DNA from: a virus
IMG/VR virus record: IMGVR_UViG_3300008261_000005
Length of the DNA: 64,000 bases
Direction: 5' to 3' (one strand)
Every line of letters starts with the position of its first letter. Position 1 is the stretch's first letter. The translations under genes were made by a program, and so were the position numbers. Of the stretch, positions 11,245 through 21,454 are shown in pieces. The notes below the pieces were generated by a model that was not told the origin of the DNA, did not search any database, and saw nothing but the letters and a program-made list of their open reading frames with translations.

Positions 11245-11688
11245 TTAATTAATAAGACCGTTTGTTTGGTCAAATTTAAACTGTAATGTTTCTGAAATAT
11301 TATAAGGCATGTAAGTCAGTGTACACTCAATTTGTAAACCGCTGTCGTAGGTAGTTACAATAACGTTTTCTGCACGTACTCGTGGATCGTAATTAATAAT
11401 AGTTTCCACGTTTTGAATAATGATGGCCTTTAGTTCTTCAGTTAAAGGCTCAAAAAGCAAGTCCCATATGATTGTGCCAAATTCTGGATTCATTAAACGT
11501 TCGCCCTGGCGAATATGAAAATGGTTAATAATATCTTGCTTGATTAACGCCAAGTCAAACAGTGTATAACTTTCACTGTCTGCGCTGATTGTACTAAATC
11601 CTCGATATGTTCTTGGAATAGGCGCAGAACGTTTAGGGTCTTTGCCTTGGACCGTTATTTTATCGTACAAACGTGAACTTGATGTCAT
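11245..11688 (-). CDS. gp25: Baseplate wedge subunit, T4 gp25-like
   Basis: 147 aa with YRGFST..DLALIKQDIINHFHIRQGERLMNPEFGTIIWDLLFEP..YDPRV, the gp25/GPW motif. Confidence 0.9.
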   Translation of the reverse strand: MTSSSRLYDKITVQGKDPKRSAPIPRTYRGFSTISADSESYTLFDLALIKQDIINHFHIRQGERLMNPEFGTIIWDLLFEPLTEELKAIIIQNVETIINYDPRVRAENVIVTTYDSGLQIECTLTYMPYNISETLQFKFDQTNGLIN

Positions 11689-11693
11689 ATCAA

Positions 11694-11699
11694 TATTTA
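11694..11699 (-). promoter_or_regulatory. Possible late promoter TAAATA, 5 nt before gp25 ATG
   Basis: Minus strand reads GTAAATATTGATATG. The TAA is also the upstream gene's stop codon, so it could be coincidental. Confidence 0.4.
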
Positions 11700-13187
11700 C
11701 CCTTCAGCACCTTGTATTTTACTAAAGGTATCAGTAACTGTAGTGTACTCTTTATATTTTGTGCCTGCAAAACCCATATCAGTTGTAGCACCTGCACCAG
11801 TTCTTCCTCCAGAATCTCTGTTAGTTTTAGCTGGTGTAACTTTAGTTGGATCTAAATTTTCATGCTGAGGGTAAGGCTCAGCAGTTGGGGCTCTTCGCAT
11901 AATTGACGTCATTTCAGTCATATCCGCACCAGGTGTAGCGACGTCAGGCAAGTTATGTGTTTTTATTCTAACTGCTTTCGCTGCTGCTGGGCCATTCATA
12001 TCTATACGAGAAGCAGTTTCTTTATATGCCCCAGTAACGTTTAGGTCCATTGTGCCGCCAATCGTAATTTTTCCATTGGTTCCTGCAATAACGCTATAGT
12101 TAGTGCCAGATTCAAGTTGCATTTCTACTCCAGCTTTTATATTGACATTGCGTTTAGCTTCAAAATTAATATCTCTATCAGCATAAAAATTAAAGTCTGC
12201 TTTGGTTCTAATGCTTATACTATCTGTTGCAAAAATGTCTATTTTACCGTTGCTGGTTAGTTCAATCCAAGTTGTTCCACTAGCATTTCCAATGTAAATC
12301 AAATCTTCGCTGTTGTGCATTAAAATTTGATGTCCAGTCCTTGTTCTAATGCGAACTAATTCATTGTGAGGTATTGCTGGATCACCGTCAGTCTCATCTT
12401 GTTCAAGACTTGCGTATTCTGGCGGGCCTTCGTTTGCTGGAGTCTTGCGTGTGAATTTGTCGTCGCCGTCATCCATGACAAACGTAGTGCCGCCAAGTCG
12501 GCTAACAAATGCTCCAGGAATCTCATCTTCAGATTTGCCAATGGATCCTTTGGGACCTTTCTTATCAATTGGCCCTGGAGTGCTGATACCAAACACCATA
12601 CTTGGTGTTTCTCTGCGGGCACTGGAAGTTGTTATACCCCTAATATCGTCTTTTAGAAGTCCTTGATCAGATAAAACTTTTGTAAAAGGATGTTGTGCTT
12701 TTCTATTTTTAGTACTGTCATTATGCCCTGACGTAATTGCTGTTTTATTATATTCTGCAACTGGCACACGTTCTTCATCACCATCTATATTATAAGATGT
12801 TGCTGCCAAACCTGGCATCATAAAGTTCATGTTTTCATCTTGAACACACCCTATCCAAAAACCCTTACGTGGGTCGCCTTCAATAAAAAACACAACTACT
12901 GTAGATCCTGGATCAGGGGGGATCATCCACATGCCATAAGACTTTTGTGCGTTATCGTATGTTTCATCCTCACCAACAAAGTCAATGCTGGTTGAACCCA
13001 TAAACGGGCTCATGTATTTTACTACTGACGTTTGACCTTCTGAACCTGGATCATTACCAACTTCATGCAGTAGTTGCACTTCTAGAGATCCCATATAAGT
13101 AGGATCAAGGTGACTAATTACTTTTGCTAAAAACGGTCCAGGGTTATTGCCTTGTGAACCTATACCAGTTCTGGTTTCTTCTGCCAT
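11697..13187 (-). CDS. gp5: Baseplate hub/central spike, gp5/VgrG-like, no lysozyme domain recognisable
   Basis: 496 aa. OB-fold-like N-terminus (GPFLAKVISHLDPTYMGSLEV..SYGMWMIPPDPGSTVVVFF), then RIRTRTGHQILMHNSE and beta-helix-type repeats (INFEAKRNVNIKAG). Confidence 0.8.
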   Translation of the reverse strand: MAEETRTGIGSQGNNPGPFLAKVISHLDPTYMGSLEVQLLHEVGNDPGSEGQTSVVKYMSPFMGSTSIDFVGEDETYDNAQKSYGMWMIPPDPGSTVVVFFIEGDPRKGFWIGCVQDENMNFMMPGLAATSYNIDGDEERVPVAEYNKTAITSGHNDSTKNRKAQHPFTKVLSDQGLLKDDIRGITTSSARRETPSMVFGISTPGPIDKKGPKGSIGKSEDEIPGAFVSRLGGTTFVMDDGDDKFTRKTPANEGPPEYASLEQDETDGDPAIPHNELVRIRTRTGHQILMHNSEDLIYIGNASGTTWIELTSNGKIDIFATDSISIRTKADFNFYADRDINFEAKRNVNIKAGVEMQLESGTNYSVIAGTNGKITIGGTMDLNVTGAYKETASRIDMNGPAAAKAVRIKTHNLPDVATPGADMTEMTSIMRRAPTAEPYPQHENLDPTKVTPAKTNRDSGGRTGAGATTDMGFAGTKYKEYTTVTDTFSKIQGAEG

Positions 13188-15586
13188 TATGCGCCTTCGT
13201 TTCCGCTAACATCGTTAGCTTGATAAGATTTTGGATCGTTTGGATTAAATTTGTCAACAATTTTAGACACTAGAGTTTTTCCAGAACTGCCGTCATCTTT
13301 AACATCTTGTCCAACCATTCTATTTAAAGATAGTGTCTGTTTAAACTGTCCCTTATTGAACATATTTTCAACTTTAGTAACCATGTAAAGTCCACTAAAC
13401 TGTGGAACTAGACTGCCTCCTGGAAAATCATATCTGCCAGTATGACTGTTGATGTCCACAGGATTCCTAAATCTTACATTTATATAAGTTTGTCCGTCTT
13501 GATTATTGATACCACCGTCAGCATTAATGCCTTTTAAATTAGTTGCTTGGGCCGAGTAATTTCCCATGCCGCTATCGCCAAGGAAATAAGGATCTCCTAT
13601 GATTTCCATATCTAATTGGACCATGTCGGCGCCTTCTGTAATAGCATCTTGAAACTGTCTAGCTGCCATTGTTGCTGGGTCATCACCACCAGGGCCGCCC
13701 AAACCCCCTGTTCGAGTTCCAACTTTATCTTTAATTGCTGAAGTAGGCACAGTTCCTAATTCAACTTTAGATCCTGTTACTGGAGCTTCTCTGTTAGCGT
13801 CGGCTTCTGGCGGAGCATTTTTAGCTGCGGCATTACCAGTTTCCCCTGCTCTATTAACGTCAATGTTGTTTTTACCGCCGTCAGCGTTGAGTGCTGTATA
13901 AAACGCGGCATTAAATTCAATATTAAAATTAATAATATCTAAATTCTTTGCTGTATACAAGTAGTTGTATTCTTTAATTGCTTGTAATTTAAGTTTTTCA
14001 ACGCCTTTGGCTGCTTCATTTGGCTGCATGAATTTACTATGGTGTACTCGGTGTGGTATCACTCTATAAACTACTAAATTAGGTTTACGGCCAGTGGTGT
14101 TTAAATCAGCATCACTATCCATAATATAGACTTGTGTTTCAATTTTCCACCAATTGATAAATCCATCATCGCTAATTTTATCAGGATCAAGAGCTTGTCT
14201 ACCGTAATCGCTTGCTAATATAATTTGATTTATAATATTTGGAATATCAGTGCCTTGTGCAAATCTAGCTTCACTAGATGTTTTGCTTATACTGATATTT
14301 CCGCGTTTATAAGTTCCAGTAGCTGCATCATAAGCTTCATTATCTTTGCCAAACGCTGCATCTCCCTTTCTATATTCGTTGAATCCCATACTGGCCATAC
14401 CAATGGGATTTATGTTTGAGTTTTGTACTAAATTAAATCCATCAGTTCCTCTAACAACACCTAATCTAGTCAACACATTTCCGTTTGCACCAGCTTCTTT
14501 CTTAGGATCAACTGTTGCTGTTGGTGCAGCTTGACTATCAGAATCTACGTTAGCAGAATCACTAGTTTTTAAATCACTAGGGAATAAAATTAAAATTTGA
14601 TCAGGCACTGTAACGTCTTTACGCTTTACTGCTTCTTGATATCTATCGTTGATAACTTTTTGTACACTCTTTGCACCTGTCTGAATCATTTCTTGGACTG
14701 TAGAACCAGCAGCATTTACTTCTGTTTTAACTTGACTGTATGTTGTATTATGTGCTTTTTCATTCCAAGGAATTGCTTCGCACGTATACACGCTACCCTG
14801 ACCACTAACACGCATTGTGATATTTCTAATTTTTAATGGAAAATATTTTGTAGTTCCTGGAATTATTACGTTTTGTCTTTGAGCATCAACGTGTCCTTTA
14901 AATTCCAAACGAAGTAAAAGAGGACATTCTAAATAATTAATATACTTGGCTTCTAAGGCAGCAATCTGTAACGATTCAAAAAAGATTCCCATGCTGTACG
15001 GTTCAATGATATTGAATGTAATTCCAGTGGCGTTGGTATTGCCAGTAGTTTTATCAAAGCCCATCATTCCGCTAATTCTAACATCTTCAATGTTGAAGTC
15101 AAACTTGCCAGTGGGATTACTAAATGATCTGTAAGTTGTAGATATTCTATCATTAGGACTGCCGCTGCCGCTTTTAAGGATGATCGGTCCCAATTTTCCT
15201 TTTCGATAGCTTTCATCTGGGAAATTCAAATCTTGCGGGCTTAGTACCGACAACGTCCAAACATAGTTGTAACTAGCAAAATTATGCAGCACGTTTGGAA
15301 AGGGAGGTTTGCCAGGAATATTAACAACAGTTTTGGCTGCGTTCAATAAAGACTCAATGTTTAAATCTGCAATCTTAGGAACTGCTTCTATTAAAGATTT
15401 TACTTGTCCAGGAATAGCATTTGTTAGAGCACCAGCAATATTCGTTGCGCCACTAGATAGGGCGTTTTTTACACCGTTAATTGCATTGCCTGCACTTTGT
15501 AACCCAGCAACAACTCCCGAGCCATCCAATGCTTTTTTTACAGTACTCGTTGCGTTGGTCGCCGCTGATTGTATATCAAACGCCAT
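13187..15586 (-). CDS. Baseplate hub-associated structural protein (possible gp27-like)
   Basis: 799-aa ORF coupled to gp5 by a TAATG overlap. C-terminal LDMEIIGDP..SGLYMVTKVENMFNKGQFKQTLSL resembles hub/late-control proteins. Confidence 0.55.
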   Translation of the reverse strand: MAFDIQSAATNATSTVKKALDGSGVVAGLQSAGNAINGVKNALSSGATNIAGALTNAIPGQVKSLIEAVPKIADLNIESLLNAAKTVVNIPGKPPFPNVLHNFASYNYVWTLSVLSPQDLNFPDESYRKGKLGPIILKSGSGSPNDRISTTYRSFSNPTGKFDFNIEDVRISGMMGFDKTTGNTNATGITFNIIEPYSMGIFFESLQIAALEAKYINYLECPLLLRLEFKGHVDAQRQNVIIPGTTKYFPLKIRNITMRVSGQGSVYTCEAIPWNEKAHNTTYSQVKTEVNAAGSTVQEMIQTGAKSVQKVINDRYQEAVKRKDVTVPDQILILFPSDLKTSDSANVDSDSQAAPTATVDPKKEAGANGNVLTRLGVVRGTDGFNLVQNSNINPIGMASMGFNEYRKGDAAFGKDNEAYDAATGTYKRGNISISKTSSEARFAQGTDIPNIINQIILASDYGRQALDPDKISDDGFINWWKIETQVYIMDSDADLNTTGRKPNLVVYRVIPHRVHHSKFMQPNEAAKGVEKLKLQAIKEYNYLYTAKNLDIINFNIEFNAAFYTALNADGGKNNIDVNRAGETGNAAAKNAPPEADANREAPVTGSKVELGTVPTSAIKDKVGTRTGGLGGPGGDDPATMAARQFQDAITEGADMVQLDMEIIGDPYFLGDSGMGNYSAQATNLKGINADGGINNQDGQTYINVRFRNPVDINSHTGRYDFPGGSLVPQFSGLYMVTKVENMFNKGQFKQTLSLNRMVGQDVKDDGSSGKTLVSKIVDKFNPNDPKSYQANDVSGNEGA

Positions 15587-15587
15587 A

Positions 15588-15887
15588 TTAGTTTCCTAAA
15601 ACTTCTCTAAGACTTGAATTCTTTGGAATAAAAATTTGAGTTCCTGGAATAAAATCAAATATAGGATCTTGTAATATGTCTAAATTGCGTTGAATAAAAA
15701 CCCACCATAGTGCTGATTCGCCATATAAGTCATGTGCTAATAAATCTGGCCTATATGTGTATTGCGGCTCAATCGTATAAAGAAAATCATCCGCCTCAGA
15801 ACTAACTGGTCTAATTGTCAATACGTCTAATGTATTTCTTGAAATTGTTGTCCTAAACCAAGGACTTAAATTTGTATATTGTGCCAT
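15588..15887 (-). CDS. gp53: Baseplate wedge protein, gp53/LysM-like
   Basis: 99 aa containing YRPDLLAHDLYGESALWWVF..NLD..DPIFDF, a gp53-type motif. Confidence 0.8.
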   Translation of the reverse strand: MAQYTNLSPWFRTTISRNTLDVLTIRPVSSEADDFLYTIEPQYTYRPDLLAHDLYGESALWWVFIQRNLDILQDPIFDFIPGTQIFIPKNSSLREVLGN

Positions 15888-16882
15888 TAAATGTATCCTT
15901 TGCTTACATAAGCGCCATTAACAAAGTTACGCAAACTAAATTGTCTTACTGCTTCTTTACTATAGACTGGCTGTAGGGTAATTGTTAAGTCACTCTTAAC
16001 TGGCACATGACTGTCTCTTGGAACTCCCATACCGCCAGCACCGCCACCAAGAGCATCTTTAACATTTGAAATAACATTTAAGGCAGACCCTGCCTTAGCT
16101 ACTACGCTTGCGGCTGCGCTAACTGATCCTAAATTAGCACCAGCCAAAGTTGATGCTAGTGCAGATACTTCACCCAAACTACTTCCAGCTGCAACTGTTG
16201 TACTGATATACTGCACATCCTTTGGCAGTGACATGCTAAAACTTGTGACCACACAAGGAACATTTCTAAACACATGGTCACCGTAAGCACTAAAATTTAA
16301 AATTGGAGGGGGGTTACCAGCAAATGCTCCTTCGCCAGTAAACATTTTTGTCACTGAACGTAAAAAGTGAACTGCTGCAATCCAATATTTGGCTTGTACA
16401 GAATCTTCAACATTGAATTCTCCAGTTATCTGAATAGCGTTTGCTCTACTGCTTTGATAAGCCATGTACTGATAATTTTGATGCGTGACTGAAACTTCGT
16501 TATATGTTGCTGCGTGACTGATAGTGATTGTGGGAGTATACGGAAAAATTAATCCGCCGGCAGCAGTTAGTGGTTGTAAAATTGGGCTTGTATCAAAAAA
16601 GCTACCTCTAGGCATACTAAGTCTTGCTCGCCAATCATTAGTAGCATCTGTTCCACCAAATGCAGCGGCTGCGTTGACTATTGATCCAATTGCTTCGCCG
16701 CCCAATGGAAGATTTATACTTCGAATTGCACTGAGCAACTGGTTCGGATTTGATAAATTATTTAATGCCGAACCTAAATTGGCCGCTGTTCTCAACACGC
16801 CCGCGCCTGTCTGCAACACAGAATTTGCCGTCTGCGCTACACTTGAAACGCTTGATAACCCACTTGCTAAATCGAATGCCAT
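15887..16882 (-). CDS. Baseplate/tail-tube initiator-like protein (gp48/gp54-like)
   Basis: 331 aa with DWRARLS..LIFPYTPTI..NPPPILNFSAYG..VPCVVTSFSM, tube-fold motifs. First gene of the baseplate operon. Confidence 0.6.
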   Translation of the reverse strand: MAFDLASGLSSVSSVAQTANSVLQTGAGVLRTAANLGSALNNLSNPNQLLSAIRSINLPLGGEAIGSIVNAAAAFGGTDATNDWRARLSMPRGSFFDTSPILQPLTAAGGLIFPYTPTITISHAATYNEVSVTHQNYQYMAYQSSRANAIQITGEFNVEDSVQAKYWIAAVHFLRSVTKMFTGEGAFAGNPPPILNFSAYGDHVFRNVPCVVTSFSMSLPKDVQYISTTVAAGSSLGEVSALASTLAGANLGSVSAAASVVAKAGSALNVISNVKDALGGGAGGMGVPRDSHVPVKSDLTITLQPVYSKEAVRQFSLRNFVNGAYVSKGYI

Positions 16883-16901
16883 AATTGTTCCCTCTGGCTA
16901 A

Positions 16902-16907
16902 TATTTA
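16902..16907 (-). promoter_or_regulatory. Late promoter TAAATA for baseplate operon
   Basis: Minus strand reads CTAAATATTAGCCAGAGGGAACAATTATG. Confidence 0.65.
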
Positions 16908-16908
16908 G

Positions 16909-16937
16909 TTGACTTTTTAATGTGCGTAGTTTATAAT
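16909..16937 (+). promoter_or_regulatory. Sigma70-type promoter for the gp55-47-46 operon
   Basis: TTGACT (16909-14), 17-nt spacer, TATAAT (16932-37), then AGGA SD and ATG at 16960. Confidence 0.8.
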
Positions 16938-16959
16938 ACTATTATATAGGACCCATTTA

Positions 16960-17805
16960 ATGACAATAATAACACCACCGAAAGTAAATTACTTAAACAA
17001 CAAAGACTTACTAGAAGAAATACACAAGTCCAAAAATACATATTCAAGCTATGCAAAGCCTGAATATCACCAATACGATATTATTTTGCCTAGTTTGGAC
17101 AAAATAAACATACGCACGGTTGCCGAAGCTAAAAGAAATCAAGCCAAAAGAATAGGTGATTTGGATTATCAAACTCGCAAACGTGCTGGTGAAAAAGTCA
17201 AACAAGCCGACTGCGAAGTGGACTATAAGAAGATTGCTAAAACGGATTTGATCTTTAGGATTATGACGTTTGATCATGTTCCCCTTAACGGTACTCGCAA
17301 AAAGAATCCCAAAAGCCTAGCAGATCACAGAGATAAAGTTAACTTTCCACCTTTCCAACACTGGAAATTTGATGACAAAGACGAACTAATATGTGTGGGT
17401 AAAAGTCATTGGAAGGGTGATTTAGTTAAAGGTAAATTTGACAAAGATCACGGGCAAATTACCAATACATTAGCTCGCATGTACATTAAACTATGTGAAC
17501 GATATGCTACCCGCGGCAATGTACGTGGTTACACATATAATGACGAGATGCGAGCACAGGCAATATTACAGTTAACTCAAATTGGATTGCAGTTTAACGA
17601 AGCAAAAAGTAATAACCCGTTTGCTTATTTTACTGCGGCGGTGACTAATAGCTTTGTACGCATTATCAACATTGAAAAACGCAATCAAAATATTAGAGAT
17701 GACATGTTGGAAATGAATGGAATGAATCCTAGTTACAGTAGAACTGGCGCTGGTGAACATGCTGCCGCACAAAAACGATTTAATGAAGGAACGCCTAGTG
17801 AGTAA
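16960..17805 (+). CDS. gp55: Late transcription sigma factor, T4 gp55-like
   Basis: NYLNNKDLLEEI at the N-terminus and YTYNDEM..F..KSNNPFAYFT..NSFVRIINIEKRNQ at the C-terminus match gp55 motifs. It sits directly upstream of gp47/46. Confidence 0.85.
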   Translation: MTIITPPKVNYLNNKDLLEEIHKSKNTYSSYAKPEYHQYDIILPSLDKINIRTVAEAKRNQAKRIGDLDYQTRKRAGEKVKQADCEVDYKKIAKTDLIFRIMTFDHVPLNGTRKKNPKSLADHRDKVNFPPFQHWKFDDKDELICVGKSHWKGDLVKGKFDKDHGQITNTLARMYIKLCERYATRGNVRGYTYNDEMRAQAILQLTQIGLQFNEAKSNNPFAYFTAAVTNSFVRIINIEKRNQNIRDDMLEMNGMNPSYSRTGAGEHAAAQKRFNEGTPSE

Positions 17806-18811
17806 TTTATTTAAAAAAGTTGCCTGCTTTACAGATATTCATTTTGGATTAAAGTCAAATAGCAGTGTTCACAATAAGGATTGTGAAGATTTTGTAGACT
17901 GGTACATTGCTAAAGCAAAGGAGGAAGGTTGTGATACTGGAATTTTTATGGGTGATTGGCATCACAATCGGAATAGCCTCAACATCACTACTATGGACTA
18001 TAGTTTGCGGGCCTTGGAAAAGTTGGGTGCGGCGTTCGATACATTTTACTTTTTCCCTGGTAATCATGATTTGTATTACAAAGACAAGCGGGATATTCAC
18101 TCAGTTGAGTTTGGAAAATATATTCCTGGTATTACTGTTGTTCATGAACCTACTACTATCGGCGACGTTACTTTATGCCCGTGGCTCGTGGGCGAAGAAT
18201 GGAAAAAGATAGGCAAAAAAGGTGGCAAGTATATATTTGGTCACTTTGAGTTGCCCAGTTTCTTTATGAACGCAATGGTACAGATGCCAGACCATGGTGA
18301 ATTACAGTTGGATCAATTTGCAAATTACGAATTGGGATTCAGCGGACACTTCCATAAACGTCAAGTACGTAAAAATATGCACTATATTGGTAATGCATTT
18401 CCGCACAATTATGCAGATGCATGGGATGATGACCGTGGCATGATGATTATGGAATGGGGCAAGCAGCCGGAATATTACAACTGGCCAGGACAACCCACAT
18501 TTAGGACAGTTACATTGAGTCGATTAATCGACGAAGCGAGCACATTGATCTTGCCCAAACAGCATCTTCGTGTTACACTAGACATTGACATTAGCTATGA
18601 AGAAGCTAGTTTTATCAAAGAAAAATTCTTAGGCGATTATGACATTAGAGAATTAACTTTAATTGCCGAGAAAAAGGATGTAGAAATTAATACAGATATT
18701 GATATTAAAGCATTTGAGAGTGTTGACACGATTGTCAGCAATCAGCTTGTCAGTATTGAAAGCGACACTTACAGCGCCAAGACTTTATTGGCCATTTATA
18801 ATAGCCTATGA
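17798..18811 (+). CDS. gp47: Recombination endonuclease subunit (Mre11/SbcD-like)
   Basis: Phosphoesterase motifs DIH, GDWHH, GNHD, GHF and GHFH. Likely start is GTG at 17798 after GAAGGA; the track extends the ORF to 17753. Confidence 0.92.
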   Translation: MSNLFKKVACFTDIHFGLKSNSSVHNKDCEDFVDWYIAKAKEEGCDTGIFMGDWHHNRNSLNITTMDYSLRALEKLGAAFDTFYFFPGNHDLYYKDKRDIHSVEFGKYIPGITVVHEPTTIGDVTLCPWLVGEEWKKIGKKGGKYIFGHFELPSFFMNAMVQMPDHGELQLDQFANYELGFSGHFHKRQVRKNMHYIGNAFPHNYADAWDDDRGMMIMEWGKQPEYYNWPGQPTFRTVTLSRLIDEASTLILPKQHLRVTLDIDISYEEASFIKEKFLGDYDIRELTLIAEKKDVEINTDIDIKAFESVDTIVSNQLVSIESDTYSAKTLLAIYNSL

Positions 18812-20586
18812 TCAAGATAAAAGATTTAACAGTAAAAAACTTCATGAGCGTGGGCAATCAAACCCAAGCCGTAGATTTTGGCAAGGAGCATCTTACACTA
18901 GTTTTAGGTGAAAACTTAGATCAAGGCGGTGACGACAACGGAAGTCGCAACGGTACTGGCAAAACTACCATTGTTAATGCACTGAGCTTTGCCTTATACG
19001 GAAATGCACTTACTAACATTAAAAAAGACAACTTGATTAATAAAATCAATGCTAAAAATATGTTAGTAACACTACATTTTGAAAAAGATGGTATTGAATA
19101 CCGTGTTGAGCGTGGTCGTCGTCCCAATATTCTCAAGTTTTATGTTAACGGTCAAGAACAAGATACCGAAGAAAGCGATGACGCACAAGGCGACATGCGT
19201 GAAACTCAGAAAGACTTAGATGATTTGTTGGGCATGAGTCACGACATGTTCAAACATATTGTTGCGTTAAACACTTACACAGAGCCGTTCTTAAGTATGC
19301 GGGCAAATGAACAACGCATGATTATTGAGCAGCTATTGGGCATTACTATTCTCAGTGAAAAAGCTGAAGCTCTTAAAGAATTGTCAAAAATTACTAAAGA
19401 TCAAATTATACAAGAAAGTGCTGAGATAGAAGCTACAAAAAAATCCAATGAAAAAATTCAGTTTAGCATTGACAGTTTAATTACTAGACAGACTGCTTGG
19501 TATGCACAACAAACTACTGATTTGGATAAAATCAGTAAGGCAATTCAAGAACTTTTAAGTGTTGATATTGAAAAAGAGTTAGAACAACATGCAAAATTAA
19601 AAGTATATGAAGAAGTTTCACAAAAAGTAAAAAGTTTAACCAAAGAAAAAGCAACATTAGAGTCTGCAATTGGTCAAGCAGAAAAAAGTGTAGCAAAGTA
19701 TACAAGAGAACTAGAAAGTCTAGCAAATAAAACATGTCATGCTTGCGAACAAGCATTGCACGATCATAAGCACGAAGAACTTACTACAACTGCTACTAAA
19801 AATATAACAGAAGCTCAAAAGTATCTTGATAAAGTAACAGCAGATTGTAATAAAGTTAAAGACGAGTTAGCTGTCATTGGCGAAATCAACGGACGACCTA
19901 ATACATATTACGATTCGGTTGAGCAAGCACTTAAACATCAGAACAACCTAACTACATTAGAAGATCAGCTAGTTAAACGGGCTGACGAAATTGACCCTTA
20001 CCAAGAACAAATTGACGAATTAAAAAATACTGCTATACAAGAAGTAAGTTGGGATCATGTAAACGAGCTCTCAAGTATTAGAGATCATCAAGATTTCCTG
20101 TTAAAATTGTTAACCAGCAAGGATAGCTTTATACGTAAGAAAATTATTGATCAAAATTTGGCATATTTGAATAATAGACTCACTTACTATCTTGATAAGA
20201 TGGGATTGCCGCATACTGTGCTATTTCAAAATGACCTATCTGTAGAAATTACACAACTTGGTCAAGATTTAGACTTTGACAACTTATCGCGCGGTGAGCG
20301 TAATCGTTTAATCTTGTCGTTGTCGTGGGCATTCCGTGATGTATGGGAAAGTTTGTATCAACAGATCAACTTGTTGTTTATCGACGAGTTGATTGACAAC
20401 GGACTAGATGCATCGGGTGTTGAAGGTGCGCTGGCAGTGCTGAAAAAGATGGCCAGAGAACGCAATAAAAACATTTATTTGATTAGCCACAAAGACGAAC
20501 TAATTGGGCGAGTTAACAATGTGCTAAGAGTCATTAAAGAAAATGGATACACCAGTTATGCTAATGACTTAGAGGTAACTGAATGA
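18808..20586 (+). CDS. gp46: Recombination ATPase subunit (Rad50/SbcC-like)
   Basis: Walker A NGTGKT, coiled coil with zinc hook CHAC, signature LSRGE, Walker B LLFIDE. Confidence 0.95.
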   Translation: MIKIKDLTVKNFMSVGNQTQAVDFGKEHLTLVLGENLDQGGDDNGSRNGTGKTTIVNALSFALYGNALTNIKKDNLINKINAKNMLVTLHFEKDGIEYRVERGRRPNILKFYVNGQEQDTEESDDAQGDMRETQKDLDDLLGMSHDMFKHIVALNTYTEPFLSMRANEQRMIIEQLLGITILSEKAEALKELSKITKDQIIQESAEIEATKKSNEKIQFSIDSLITRQTAWYAQQTTDLDKISKAIQELLSVDIEKELEQHAKLKVYEEVSQKVKSLTKEKATLESAIGQAEKSVAKYTRELESLANKTCHACEQALHDHKHEELTTTATKNITEAQKYLDKVTADCNKVKDELAVIGEINGRPNTYYDSVEQALKHQNNLTTLEDQLVKRADEIDPYQEQIDELKNTAIQEVSWDHVNELSSIRDHQDFLLKLLTSKDSFIRKKIIDQNLAYLNNRLTYYLDKMGLPHTVLFQNDLSVEITQLGQDLDFDNLSRGERNRLILSLSWAFRDVWESLYQQINLLFIDELIDNGLDASGVEGALAVLKKMARERNKNIYLISHKDELIGRVNNVLRVIKENGYTSYANDLEVTE

Positions 20587-20774
20587 GAAACATGGCGCTT
20601 ATAGATGCTGTTATTGTCTTGCACGAAGTTGCAAAGTTAACCTTGGAAGAAACAGGCGATTTAGCATTGTATGACGATATCAGAAACTGTGCAGAACGCT
20701 TGCATATTAGGTCTATTCAAGATTCAAAAATCAATGATGTAACAATAGACATTATTAAAAAGGCTAAAAAGTGA
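20583..20774 (+). CDS. Hypothetical protein (63 aa)
   Basis: ATGA overlap with the gp46 stop and GAGG upstream; fills the operon without a gap. Confidence 0.6.
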   Translation: MRNMALIDAVIVLHEVAKLTLEETGDLALYDDIRNCAERLHIRSIQDSKINDVTIDIIKKAKK

Positions 20775-21025
20775 AACGTGATGAAGAGTTGCATAGTCAG
20801 CTCATGACCGCTTTCAACAATTATTTTAGAGAAAACCAGAAATGGATTTCTAAAGGCACGCGGCGTAGCGGTATTGCAACTAGATACTGGCTCAGCGAAA
20901 TTAGGCGAATATGCAGTTTGAGACGCATTCATATACAAGAATGGCGTCATGAACTGGATCAAATTAAAGCAGAAAAGAAACAAATCCAAAAACAACAAGG
21001 CACGCCACCAGCATCCGATACATAA
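20771..21025 (+). CDS. Hypothetical basic helical protein (84 aa)
   Basis: GTGA overlap with the previous stop; fills the operon without a gap. Confidence 0.7.
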   Translation: MKRDEELHSQLMTAFNNYFRENQKWISKGTRRSGIATRYWLSEIRRICSLRRIHIQEWRHELDQIKAEKKQIQKQQGTPPASDT

Positions 21026-21028
21026 TGG

Positions 21029-21454
21029 ATGCATTGGACTTATCAAGATACACAAATAGAAGAACTACCTGAAGACTGCGTAGGCTTCGTATATTTGATA
21101 ACCAATACAATCTCTGGCAAAAAGTACATAGGCAAAAAACTTGCAAAATTCGCTAAAACAACTTACAAAGTTGTTAAGTTAAAGAATGGCTCCAAGAAAA
21201 AGAAGAAAATCAGAAGCAAAATTGATAGTGATTGGCGTGACTACTATGGTAGCAGCCCTAACTTATCTAAAGATATAGAACTCTTAGGCAAAGAAAATTT
21301 CAAACGTGAAATTTTATACTACTGTACATCAAAGGCGCAATGCTCTTATATCGAGGCCAGAGAACAATTCCTCAATAAAGTGTTAGAATCAGACGAGTGG
21401 TATAACGGACAGATTTCTGTGCGTGTACACGGCTCACATATATTAAAATCTTAG
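21029..21454 (+). CDS. GIY-YIG (Seg-like) endonuclease, catalytic domain only
   Basis: GFVYLITNTISGKKYIGKK is the GIY-YIG motif; also DYYGSS, REIL, YIEAREQ (catalytic Glu candidate) and YNGQI. 141 aa. Confidence 0.88.
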   Translation: MHWTYQDTQIEELPEDCVGFVYLITNTISGKKYIGKKLAKFAKTTYKVVKLKNGSKKKKKIRSKIDSDWRDYYGSSPNLSKDIELLGKENFKREILYYCTSKAQCSYIEAREQFLNKVLESDEWYNGQISVRVHGSHILKS

